From a virus (lineage: Duplodnaviria; Heunggongvirae; Uroviricota; Caudoviricetes), in IMG/VR virus record IMGVR_UViG_2706794685_000002: a stretch of 7,543 nt of DNA, one strand, 5' to 3'. This document shows, one piece after another, positions 1-7,418 of the stretch; positions within the stretch are counted from its first letter, which is position 1; the number at the start of each line of letters is the position of its first letter. The notes below the pieces were generated by a model that searched no databases, was not told the DNA's origin, and saw only the letters and a program-made list of their open reading frames with translations. Position numbers and translations under genes: made by a program.

Positions 1-76
1 TTTCTGGTGTGAGAACCTTAAGGAAACAACATGTTGGGTGGAGCGGACAATCCAAATGGCGAATTACCGTCTTATA

Positions 77-403
77 TCACTGGCGCTGACACTTCATCAC
101 CTCCGGACGTAAATCACCATCCTTTGGTGCATTCAGAAACGCGTTCAGTGTCCCCGGTGCATCAGTCGGTGCCACATCAATATCCCCGACACGGGTTGGC
201 TGCCAGCCGTTACAGTGAAGCGCAACCTCGTAATACCCCGGCTCAGCCTCAATCACATAAGCACCGTTATTGTCCGTCACGCAAGTGGCAACAACGTGTG
301 CCACAACGGTCGGACTGGTTCTTCTGGCCCGCAGTTCAATCGCACAATTTACGACAGGTTTACCCGCCCCATCTTTCAGTACACCTGAAATCTTTACTGC
401 CAT
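77..403 (-). pseudogene. stf: Side tail fibre (Stf) N-terminal fragment, truncated remnant
   Basis: Minus-strand ORF 77..445; the internal Met at 401-403 begins MAVKISGVLKDG..., which I recognise as the lambda Stf N-terminus, and GTLNAFL / RPEV also match. A GGGGTG Shine-Dalgarno-like sequence precedes this ATG, whereas the track start at 445 has none. The ORF stops after about 109 aa, and the in-frame sequence past the stop (1..76) no longer looks like Stf. Confidence 0.5.
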
Positions 404-414
404 ATTCACCCCAC

Positions 415-439
415 AAAAAGCCCGCCTGAACCAGCGGGC
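415..439 (-). terminator. Putative rho-independent terminator downstream of lom
   Basis: Perfect 6-bp all-GC stem gcccgc (420-425) / gcgggc (434-439) with an 8-nt loop, adjacent to aaaaa at 415-419, which is a T-tract on the minus-strand transcript. It sits 28 nt past the lom stop codon. Confidence 0.5.
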
Positions 440-466
440 AGTCATAACACTGTGTTACCTGGCTAA

Positions 467-1066
467 TCAGAACTTATAACCGACACCCACGATGAAACCG
501 TCAGTGCGCCAGTCACCACTGCCGGAACCTTCATAAGCAAGGTCAATGGCCACGGATTCGGTCGGGTTAAACTGCACGCCAGCCCCCCACGCCAGAGACG
601 TGTTGCTGTGGCGACCGCCATCACTTCCGGTCAGCACATCGTGCGTTTTCCCCTTGTTGTCAGTTACGCGGAGATAATCCCCGGAGAAGGTCGACACACG
701 GCTGTAAGCCACGCCCGCCATCGCATACGCGCTGAACCATTCATTCACGCGCACAGACGGCCCCGCCATCACGCTGAACCAGCGGTTACGCACGGAATCC
801 TCATGCCAGCGGGTATCGCTGTAATGCGTTTTTTGCTCATCTTCAGCGTTGGCATAACTGAATGACGTAATCAGCCCCAGCGTGTCCGTAAACTCATAAC
901 GGTATTTCACGTTAATGCCCTTCAGGTCATCGCTGCCTGGCATATCAGTATGGGTCTGAAGATACCCGGCGCTCAGCGTGGACTGATGTTCAGACGCCCA
1001 TGCAGGCGCACCGGATACGGCCAGACAGATGGCTGCGGACAAAATGGCTGCACAAACTTTACGCAT
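467..1066 (-). CDS. lom: Lom, Ail/Lom/PagC-family outer-membrane beta-barrel protein (phage moron)
   Basis: 199-aa ORF with an ATG at 1064-1066 and a GAGAGG Shine-Dalgarno upstream. N-terminal signal peptide MRKVCAAILSAAICLAVSGAPAWA. The C-terminus ...AYEGSGSGDWRTDGFIVGVGYKF matches the lambda Lom C-terminus and ends in an aromatic residue, as outer-membrane barrels do. Position immediately after J is the lambda arrangement. Confidence 0.9.
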   Translation of the reverse strand: MRKVCAAILSAAICLAVSGAPAWASEHQSTLSAGYLQTHTDMPGSDDLKGINVKYRYEFTDTLGLITSFSYANAEDEQKTHYSDTRWHEDSVRNRWFSVMAGPSVRVNEWFSAYAMAGVAYSRVSTFSGDYLRVTDNKGKTHDVLTGSDGGRHSNTSLAWGAGVQFNPTESVAIDLAYEGSGSGDWRTDGFIVGVGYKF

Positions 1067-1087
1067 AATTACCTCTCGCTTTTCTGC

Positions 1088-1114
1088 AATAAAAAAGGCA
1101 CCATTTCTGGTGCC
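1088..1114 (-). terminator. Putative rho-independent terminator between J and lom
   Basis: Stem ggcacc (1097-1102) / ggtgcc (1109-1114), loop atttct, adjacent to aataaaaaa at 1088-1096, which reads as a T-tract on the minus-strand RNA. It lies between the J stop (1134) and the lom Shine-Dalgarno. Confidence 0.5.
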
Positions 1115-1133
1115 CGTATCTGGGTTATAAAAT

Positions 1134-4100
1134 TCAGCTAATCGTGATGCCTGCAGTGGCTTTCTTCATCACCACAACCAGCAAATCGCTGATACTTGCT
1201 GTGGGATACCAGCCATTTACCAGCCATGCCGATACAGAAAACTCCAGCGTCATGTGACCGTGACCGGCAGGCATATCAATAACACCCGTATATATCAGCG
1301 TATTATCCAGGGTCGTTCGGTTATAAATTTCAGCACCGTTTTTCTTCACTATCAGGCGGCATGACGAATAAATATTGTTATTCTTCCGCTCATGTTTAGC
1401 ACCGCGAAACGCCACCGCGGGAATAACAATTTGCCGATCAAACGGCTGATCGTCATAAACCCTGACGGTAATGGTCCCTGATGGCCACCTCTCCGGTGCC
1501 CGGGAGTCCCGTGGGAAAGGTTTGCCCACTGTTTTAACGAGATCGCCTTCAATCTGGTTCGCGGACAATTTTCCCAGAACCCGACAGTTCTTATTAATCG
1601 TGACGTTGTTGAGCGTCCCGGAGTTCGCGTTCACGTTACCGCTGATATCGGCATTTTTCGCCGTCAGCCGTCCGCCAGGTGTCAGGGAAAATGCCGGAGG
1701 ATTACCGCCGCTGGTAATGGTCGGAGCCGTCAGGCATTTCAGGAACACGTCGTTCATGAATATCTGATCGCCCTGACCAACAAACATCGGCTTTGTGTTG
1801 CCATTCGCAGGATTAATCATCGCAATCCTGTCTGCCGCCAGCAGCACCTGACTCTGCATTCCTGCTGGCGTATTCTCAATACCGGCACCGATACCCGCAA
1901 TATAAAGGCGTCCGTCCTTCATCTGTTGCAGCTTCACAGCCCACATGCTGTTCAGGTTATTATTTGTATCAACCTGAACTTTCTGTATCTGCTGGATTGC
2001 AGCACTCTGATTTTCCAGTTTTTTATTGACGGTTTGCGTGATTTCATTGCTGACATTCGTAATGGACGTCCTGATTTCAGTCAGGTCCGGCGCAAGCTGA
2101 CCGTTATCAATCTGCGTCCACAACTCCTTGCCGAGATGCGTTTTATTGATCAACCCTTTATAAAAATTCAGATAACCTTCTGCATCATCGCTCGCCCGAC
2201 CGATGGCCTCCACAAATGCCGATTTGCCAACGGTGTTCACACTGCGAACGTAAAAATAATAATCATGGCCCGGCCTGATATTGATACTGGCGGCTATCCA
2301 GTACAGCGCCGTGCCAAGATAGCGGGCGCTGGTTTCAACCTGCCTGATATCCGCAATCCGCTTTTCCGAAAACCAGAACTCAAACTGCACCGTCGGGTCA
2401 TATACAGCCAGTTTCGGGACCGCCGTTATCTGAAAATACCCCGGTATCAGTTCAATAGTGACAGGCGCTGCCGGTGCCGCAATCCGGAACGATACCGACG
2501 CCGGATCGCCCTGCTGCCCCCGGGCATTTACCGCCCGGACTGTCAGACTGTAATTCCCCAGCGCCAGCTGCCTGAAGCGGTATGTGGTTTCCGTCGTCCT
2601 GGCTGTGCTGACCAGCCGCTCACTGCCGTCGTCCGCTGCCACGGTCAGGCGAAGCAGGAAGCTCACACCCTTCACCACCTTCGGCGTGTCCCATCGCGCC
2701 AGCACCTGATATTCCCCGCTGTCTGCGGTGACTTCGGCGGTCAGATGCTGCACCGCTGGCGGCGTGACACCATTCACCGTGCCGCGCCGGTCACCGTCAA
2801 AGTGTGCCCCGTTATCCACGATGGCCTCTTTTTCCGGCACATGCTGCACGGCGGTGATGGCATACGTGCCGTCGTCGTTCTCACGGATACTCACGCAGCG
2901 GAACAGACGCTGGCGCAGCGTCGGCAGCTTCAGCCCCCACACGCTGTATTCTGCAACGCCGTCAGGAACCCGGCTCACTTTCACCTTCACGCCGTCGGTG
3001 ACGGACTGGACCTCCACGCTGACCGGATTGCCACTTCCGTCAACCAGGCTTATCAGCGTGGTACCGGAGGACGGCAGCGTGATTTCACGGTCGAGCGTCA
3101 GCGTCCGGGTCTGGCTGTTCACCGCCAGTACGCGACCACCGGTGCTGATACCGGCATAATCATCATCGCAGATTTCAATGACATCACCCGGTACATGGCG
3201 AAGCCCTTCTGCGCCCACGCTGAAGTCCACGGTCTGCGTTTCCAGCAGTTCCGTTTTAATCAGCCACAGCCCGGCTCGGTGTGCCTGCCCCCGGCTGGTA
3301 CAGCCAAAGGCATCCATCTTCGTGACATTACGACCGTAACGGGCAATGGCCTGCGTATCCTCCACAAGCTCTGTCGCCGTCTCCCAGCCGTTATCTGGGT
3401 CAATCCAGTTCACCTCAACGGCATTATGGCGGTCCTTCAGGGCGCTGAAGCTGTAGCGGAACGGCGCGCCATCGTCCGGCATCACCACATTACTGCGGTT
3501 ATAGGTCCACACCTTATCCGACGGTCGGTCCTGCACGAACGTCAGCATCTGTCCGTTCCATACCGGCATACAGCGCATCGCCGAGCAGAAATCACTGAGA
3601 ACATCCCACGCCTTACGCTGTGTGGTCAGGTAAGAGTTACAGGTGATGCGCGGCTCCGTGCCGCCAAATCCGTCCGTCACTGACTGGTCGCAGTACTGGC
3701 CGATGACATACAGCGCCCATTTGTCCACATCTGCCGCACCAAGACGTTTCCCCATGCCGTAGCGCGGATGAGTGAGCATGTCCCACAGACACCAGGCCAT
3801 GTTGTTGCTGTATGCTGGCTTAAGCGTTCCGTCCCAGATACCGCTGTATTGCCGCGTCTGCGGGTTATAGTTCGACGGCACCTGCAGAATGCGCCCGCGA
3901 AGATGATAATTGCGACTCACCTGCTGGTTACCGAACTGCTCTGAATCCACCTGCACGCCGACCAGCGCCGTGTTCGGGTAGCACTGTTTCACATCGATGA
4001 TTTCGGTGTACGACGACCAGAGCGTTTTGTTCTGCAGCTGGTCTGTGGTGCTGTCCGGTGTCATCCTGCGCATCCGGANNNNNNNNNNNNNNNNNNNNNN

Positions 4101-4694
4101 NNNNNNNNNNNNNNNNNNNNNNNNNNNNNNNNNNNNNNNNNNNNNNNNNNNNNNNNNNNNNNNNNNNNNNNNNNNNNNNNNNNNNNNNNNNNNNNNNNNN
4201 NNNNNNNNNNNNNNNNNNNNNNNNNNNNNNNNNNNNNNNNNNNNNNNNNNNNNNNNNNNNNNNNNNNNNNNNNNNNNNNNNNNNNNNNNNNNNNNNNNNN
4301 NNNNNNNNNNNNNNNNNNNNNNNNNNNNNNNNNNNNNNNNNNNNNNNNNNNNNNNNNNNNNNNNNNNNNNNNNNNNNNNNNNNNNNNNNNNNNNNNNNNN
4401 NNNNNNNNNTTTCACTTCCGTACCCAGCACCGTCTCGGAGCCGGAGGATTCAAAACCCTCCGGCGGTGTCTGCTCCTGCTCACCTGCACGGAACACCACC
4501 GTAACACCGGAAAAGTTTGTCTTCCCCTCGCTGTCCAGGACCGGCGTACCGTTCAGCAGCACGCTTTTTAATCCATCCACCGGACCGTCAACCGGCCCTT
4601 CGCTGATGGCATCAATCACACTCAGCAACTGCGTGGATTTCAGGTTGTCCTTCGCTTCGCGCGGGGTATGCCCCTTACTGCTGCCTTTACCCAT
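1134..4694 (-). CDS. J: Host specificity protein J (tail tip / central tail fibre), interrupted by an assembly gap
   Basis: N-terminus [34 protein letters not shown]... matches lambda J. The segment after the gap (…[30 protein letters not shown]…) is J-like and a fibronectin-III-like stretch is visible. A 60-bp I-J spacer matches lambda. The 1186-codon length is read through 111 X codons, so the true length is unknown. Confidence 0.88.
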   Translation of the reverse strand: MGKGSSKGHTPREAKDNLKSTQLLSVIDAISEGPVDGPVDGLKSVLLNGTPVLDSEGKTNFSGVTVVFRAGEQEQTPPEGFESSGSETVLGTEVKXXXXXXXXXXXXXXXXXXXXXXXXXXXXXXXXXXXXXXXXXXXXXXXXXXXXXXXXXXXXXXXXXXXXXXXXXXXXXXXXXXXXXXXXXXXXXXXXXXXXXXXXXXXXXXXRMRRMTPDSTTDQLQNKTLWSSYTEIIDVKQCYPNTALVGVQVDSEQFGNQQVSRNYHLRGRILQVPSNYNPQTRQYSGIWDGTLKPAYSNNMAWCLWDMLTHPRYGMGKRLGAADVDKWALYVIGQYCDQSVTDGFGGTEPRITCNSYLTTQRKAWDVLSDFCSAMRCMPVWNGQMLTFVQDRPSDKVWTYNRSNVVMPDDGAPFRYSFSALKDRHNAVEVNWIDPDNGWETATELVEDTQAIARYGRNVTKMDAFGCTSRGQAHRAGLWLIKTELLETQTVDFSVGAEGLRHVPGDVIEICDDDYAGISTGGRVLAVNSQTRTLTLDREITLPSSGTTLISLVDGSGNPVSVEVQSVTDGVKVKVSRVPDGVAEYSVWGLKLPTLRQRLFRCVSIRENDDGTYAITAVQHVPEKEAIVDNGAHFDGDRRGTVNGVTPPAVQHLTAEVTADSGEYQVLARWDTPKVVKGVSFLLRLTVAADDGSERLVSTARTTETTYRFRQLALGNYSLTVRAVNARGQQGDPASVSFRIAAPAAPVTIELIPGYFQITAVPKLAVYDPTVQFEFWFSEKRIADIRQVETSARYLGTALYWIAASINIRPGHDYYFYVRSVNTVGKSAFVEAIGRASDDAEGYLNFYKGLINKTHLGKELWTQIDNGQLAPDLTEIRTSITNVSNEITQTVNKKLENQSAAIQQIQKVQVDTNNNLNSMWAVKLQQMKDGRLYIAGIGAGIENTPAGMQSQVLLAADRIAMINPANGNTKPMFVGQGDQIFMNDVFLKCLTAPTITSGGNPPAFSLTPGGRLTAKNADISGNVNANSGTLNNVTINKNCRVLGKLSANQIEGDLVKTVGKPFPRDSRAPERWPSGTITVRVYDDQPFDRQIVIPAVAFRGAKHERKNNNIYSSCRLIVKKNGAEIYNRTTLDNTLIYTGVIDMPAGHGHMTLEFSVSAWLVNGWYPTASISDLLVVVMKKATAGITIS
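4079..4409. other. Run of 331 N (assembly or scaffold gap) inside J
   Basis: Uninterrupted n characters from 4079 to 4409 in the supplied sequence. Confidence 0.99.
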
Positions 4695-4716
4695 TCCTCA
4701 CGCTCCATAAACGACA

Positions 4717-4736
4717 AAACCGCCCGCAGGCGGTTT
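4717..4736 (-). promoter_or_regulatory. GC-rich hairpin in the I-J spacer (possible attenuator or RNA stability element)
   Basis: aaaccgcc (4717-4724) / ggcggttt (4729-4736) with loop cgca. On the minus-strand RNA the GC core is followed by a U-rich run (uuuugucguuua) just upstream of the J ribosome-binding site. Confidence 0.3.
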
Positions 4737-4754
4737 CACATAAAACATTTTGCA

Positions 4755-5396
4755 TCAGCGACCAATCACCACAACCTGACCACCATCCCCTTCGTCTGCC
4801 GTGCTGATCTCCTGAGAAACCACACGTGACCCCACGCGCATTTCACCGTACAGAACGGGCAGAACATTGCCCTGGGCAACCATGTTATCCAGTGACGAGA
4901 AATACGTGTTCTGCTTACCGTTATCCGTTGTCTGTGTACGGGGAGTTCTGGCTTTCGGTGCCAGCATCTGTGCAACACCGCCAAGCGTCATACTGGCACC
5001 GAGAGAAAACAGCAGATTACTCGCCATAATTCCTACCCCCGGCATCCATATAGCAACCGCCATAACAGCCGCCCCCAGCACCGCCTGAAACACACCGCCA
5101 CTTTTAGCTCCCACCAGACGCGGTACTATGTGGATCACTGCACCATTTGCCAGCGGCTCATTAAGACGGGCAGACAATTCGGTTTCACCTGCATCACGCC
5201 CGGCAATGCGCACCTGATACCAGCCGTCACTCAGTTTCTGACGAAACGCCGGGAGCTGTGTGGCCAGTGCCCGGATGGCTTCAGCCCCCGTTTTCACACG
5301 AAGGTCGATGCGGCGACCAAATCGTTGTAAATCCCCGTAAAGGCAGATGCGCGCCATGCCCGGTGACGCCAGAGGGAGTGTGTGCGTCGCTGCCAT
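4755..5396 (-). CDS. I: Tail tip assembly protein I
   Basis: 213-aa ORF beginning MAATHTLPLASPGMARICLYGDLQRFGRRIDLRVKTGAEAIRALATQLPAFRQKLSDGWYQVRIAGRD..., matching lambda gpI. It overlaps the 3' end of K by 103 nt, as in lambda. Confidence 0.9.
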   Translation of the reverse strand: MAATHTLPLASPGMARICLYGDLQRFGRRIDLRVKTGAEAIRALATQLPAFRQKLSDGWYQVRIAGRDAGETELSARLNEPLANGAVIHIVPRLVGAKSGGVFQAVLGAAVMAVAIWMPGVGIMASNLLFSLGASMTLGGVAQMLAPKARTPRTQTTDNGKQNTYFSSLDNMVAQGNVLPVLYGEMRVGSRVVSQEISTADEGDGGQVVVIGR

Positions 5397-6037
5397 TTGT
5401 CGGTGTACCTCTCTCGTTTGCTCAGTTGTTCAGGAATATGGTGCAGCAGCCCGCCGTCACCGCAGTAAATGGCGGCATGATTCGGCACCGATGAACCAAA
5501 ACAGCACAGCAGCACATCGCCCGGCTGTGCCTCTGTCAGTGCGACACGGTAAAAACCCGTCACCTCCATATTGTCAAGATAGAGATTCTGACCGTTACGC
5601 CACCAGTCATCCCCGCGATGAAAATCCGGCATCTCAATCCCTGCCAGATGATAAGCATCCCGGAACAGCGTGTAACAGTCCGTCACCCCGTGCTCAAAGC
5701 GCCGCCCGGTGAGATGCGGCACACAGCGGAACTTGTGAATCGCCCCCCGGCAGACCAGCCACCACGGCAAATCACTCTGCACCTGCAGCCGCCGGTCAGC
5801 CTCACTCAGCCAGGGCAGACCACCGGGATGACTGTGGACCAGCGCCACAATCTCACCCTGCATTTGTGCCCGCAGCCAGTCCTCCGGAGCCATCCGGAAC
5901 CGTTCCTCCGGCTCACCGGAGATATTCTCGCTGGGAAGATACCTGTCTCCCTCCGGCGTTCTTACCACGAAGCCACACGACTCCGCTGGCGCACATCGCC
6001 GGGCGTGCGCCAGAATCGCTGATTCTGTCTGTGTCAT
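5294..6037 (-). CDS. K: Tail tip assembly protein K, long form with JAB/MPN (JAMM) and NlpC/P60 domains
   Basis: ATG at 6035-6037, 4 nt after the L stop, gives 247 aa starting MTQTESAILAHARRC.... A JAMM motif HSHPGGLPWLSEAD (HxHx7Sx2D) is visible with an upstream ESCGFVV glutamate; a Cys (DCYTLF) and downstream His residues fit NlpC/P60. The classical 199-aa lambda K start corresponds to the internal Met at 5891-5893 (MAPEDWL...), which has a GGAGG upstream. The track ORF up to 6301 is a GTG-initiated extension overlapping L. Confidence 0.85.
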   Translation of the reverse strand: MTQTESAILAHARRCAPAESCGFVVRTPEGDRYLPSENISGEPEERFRMAPEDWLRAQMQGEIVALVHSHPGGLPWLSEADRRLQVQSDLPWWLVCRGAIHKFRCVPHLTGRRFEHGVTDCYTLFRDAYHLAGIEMPDFHRGDDWWRNGQNLYLDNMEVTGFYRVALTEAQPGDVLLCCFGSSVPNHAAIYCGDGGLLHHIPEQLSKRERYTDKWQRRTHSLWRHRAWRASAFTGIYNDLVAASTFV

Positions 6038-6041
6038 GGAT

Positions 6042-6740
6042 TTACTGAGAAAGTTTATTGATGGAAAGGAAACCGCCGAAATTACCGGTATTGTTGCGCA
6101 ACTCACACCCGCGCATACACTTGCTGCATTTGTCCTTCCGGATATCCGTCGTTGGTTTGTCGAACTCGTCAGCCACTGCCCTGCCCGTGTAACCACACTC
6201 ATCAGAACGGTAAGTCCACATACAGGTATTCGCCAGCATGATACGCCCCGGGAAAACCGCGCCATCCGTCTCCGTTGGTGTGGCCAGCACAAAAGAGGCA
6301 CTGACCGCGCTCAGTTCGCTGCACTGCTCGATGCGCCAGCGGCTGATCACCTCCTGTTCCGGATCGGCGTCGCTGTTTCCGTTGACGAAGTTCACCGCAT
6401 CCAGAAAACGGGCGTAAACCTTACGCCTGACCACCGTTCCGCCGACCAGACTCTGCAGGTCTTCCGCCATCCCGGTGACCATTCCGTGCAGGTTAGAAAC
6501 CGTCAGTGTCGGACGGGCAGCACTGCCCTTGCCGTTCAGTTCAAATCCCGTCCCCTGAATGGGGTATGCCTGATACTGCCGCCCCTGCCAGGTAACCGGC
6601 TCACCTTTTTCGTTCTGCTCATTACAGAAAAAATAACGTTCACCACCGACCTCTGTCAGATCGATTTCCCAGAGCACCACCTGGGCTGACTGAGTGAGGC
6701 GTGTCGTCTCATGATGTGTTTCCTGTGGAATATCCTGCAT
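6042..6740 (-). CDS. L: Minor tail protein L
   Basis: 232-aa ORF, the same length as lambda gpL, starting MQDIPQET.... Five cysteines cluster in the C-terminal part, consistent with the Fe-S-binding domain reported for gpL. Synteny M-L-K. Confidence 0.9.
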   Translation of the reverse strand: MQDIPQETHHETTRLTQSAQVVLWEIDLTEVGGERYFFCNEQNEKGEPVTWQGRQYQAYPIQGTGFELNGKGSAARPTLTVSNLHGMVTGMAEDLQSLVGGTVVRRKVYARFLDAVNFVNGNSDADPEQEVISRWRIEQCSELSAVSASFVLATPTETDGAVFPGRIMLANTCMWTYRSDECGYTGRAVADEFDKPTTDIRKDKCSKCMRGCELRNNTGNFGGFLSINKLSQ

Positions 6741-6749
6741 CAGAGCCTC

Positions 6750-7079
6750 CTATGCCACGACCTGTTCAAAATCTGCCGTTATGGTTACCCACAACGCCCC
6801 CACGCTTGCCGACCATTTACGACAAACCACCCTGATCGGCTTCCAGTCATAAGGTGGCGTCCACTGAAATGCGCGGACGCCACCGTGCCGTTCCAGAAAG
6901 GCTTTTAAAAATGGGTGTTCACCTTTACGAACACGTATCTTCACGCTGTAAGTCGACAACTGGTTATTCAGTCCCGCCGCACGACGCTGTTCATAACCAT
7001 CGCCCAGCTTCACTGTCACCACTTTCGGCTCTGATACCACATTCATATCCGGGCGCACTTTCCAGTGAAACGTCTCCAT
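6750..7079 (-). CDS. M: Minor tail protein M
   Basis: 109-aa ORF, the same length as lambda gpM. Its ATG overlaps the H stop codon (TAATG on the minus strand). Synteny H-M-L. Confidence 0.88.
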   Translation of the reverse strand: METFHWKVRPDMNVVSEPKVVTVKLGDGYEQRRAAGLNNQLSTYSVKIRVRKGEHPFLKAFLERHGGVRAFQWTPPYDWKPIRVVCRKWSASVGALWVTITADFEQVVA

Positions 7080-7418
7080 TACCGGTATGCTCCACTTAAC
7101 CGGCCACCATCACGGGCCTGCTGTTGCATAAAGTCCGCGGCCGCTTTTTTCCCGAGGTCATAAACCACCTTCAGGGCAGCCGGACCTATCTGCCCGTTCG
7201 TGCCATCGTTATTGATCTCAATGTTGTACTGCGGGGCAAACATCACCATGCCTGAACCACCAGTATCCGCCACACCCCCCAGCTTACCATCAGCACCGCG
7301 ACGCAGTGGCAGAATGGCTTCAGGTCCCGCTTCCCCCATCACACCCGCGCCTTTTGCAAAAGCAAAAAACGTCGGACGGTTAACCACCGTGCCACTGTAG
7401 CGACTCAAATCAGCAGAC
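7079..7418 (-). pseudogene. H: Tape measure protein H, C-terminal fragment truncated by IS insertion
   Basis: Minus-strand frame ends ...QQQARDGGRLSGAYR at a stop overlapping the M start, which is the H position in lambda. Phage-derived sequence ends at 7418/7419, where IS3-like terminal sequence begins. The track ORF start at 7444 is a GTG lying inside the IS end. Confidence 0.7.

Noticed and set aside
31-429. 132-aa plus-strand ORF overlapping the stf remnant
   Set aside because: It is antisense to a frame with clear Stf N-terminal similarity, and its Pro/Ser/His-rich product has no recognisable features.
404-445. Longer start for the stf remnant at 443-445 (MTARWFRRAFCGVN...)
   Set aside because: It has no Shine-Dalgarno and would include the lom terminator hairpin; the Stf N-terminus aligns from the Met at 401-403.
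1067-1200. Possible sigma-70 promoter for lom upstream of its start
   Set aside because: Only a weak TATAAC-like -10 with no acceptable -35 at 16-18 bp spacing could be found, which is too weak to call from sequence.
1926-3683. 585-aa plus-strand ORF antisense to J
   Set aside because: It lies entirely within and opposite the well-supported J coding region. The predicted protein is Arg/His/Pro-rich and low-complexity, as antisense frames of coding DNA usually are, and I recognise no domain or ribosome-binding site.
6038-6301. Upstream extension of the K ORF to 6301 (335 aa in the track)
   Set aside because: The extension begins at a GTG and overlaps the 3' end of L out of frame; K similarity begins at the ATG at 6035-6037 just after the L stop.
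4997-6689. Assorted plus-strand ORFs of 60-217 aa across I, K and L (for example 6036..6689 and 5618..6022)
   Set aside because: All are antisense to strongly supported tail genes, have odd composition and no obvious ribosome-binding sites.
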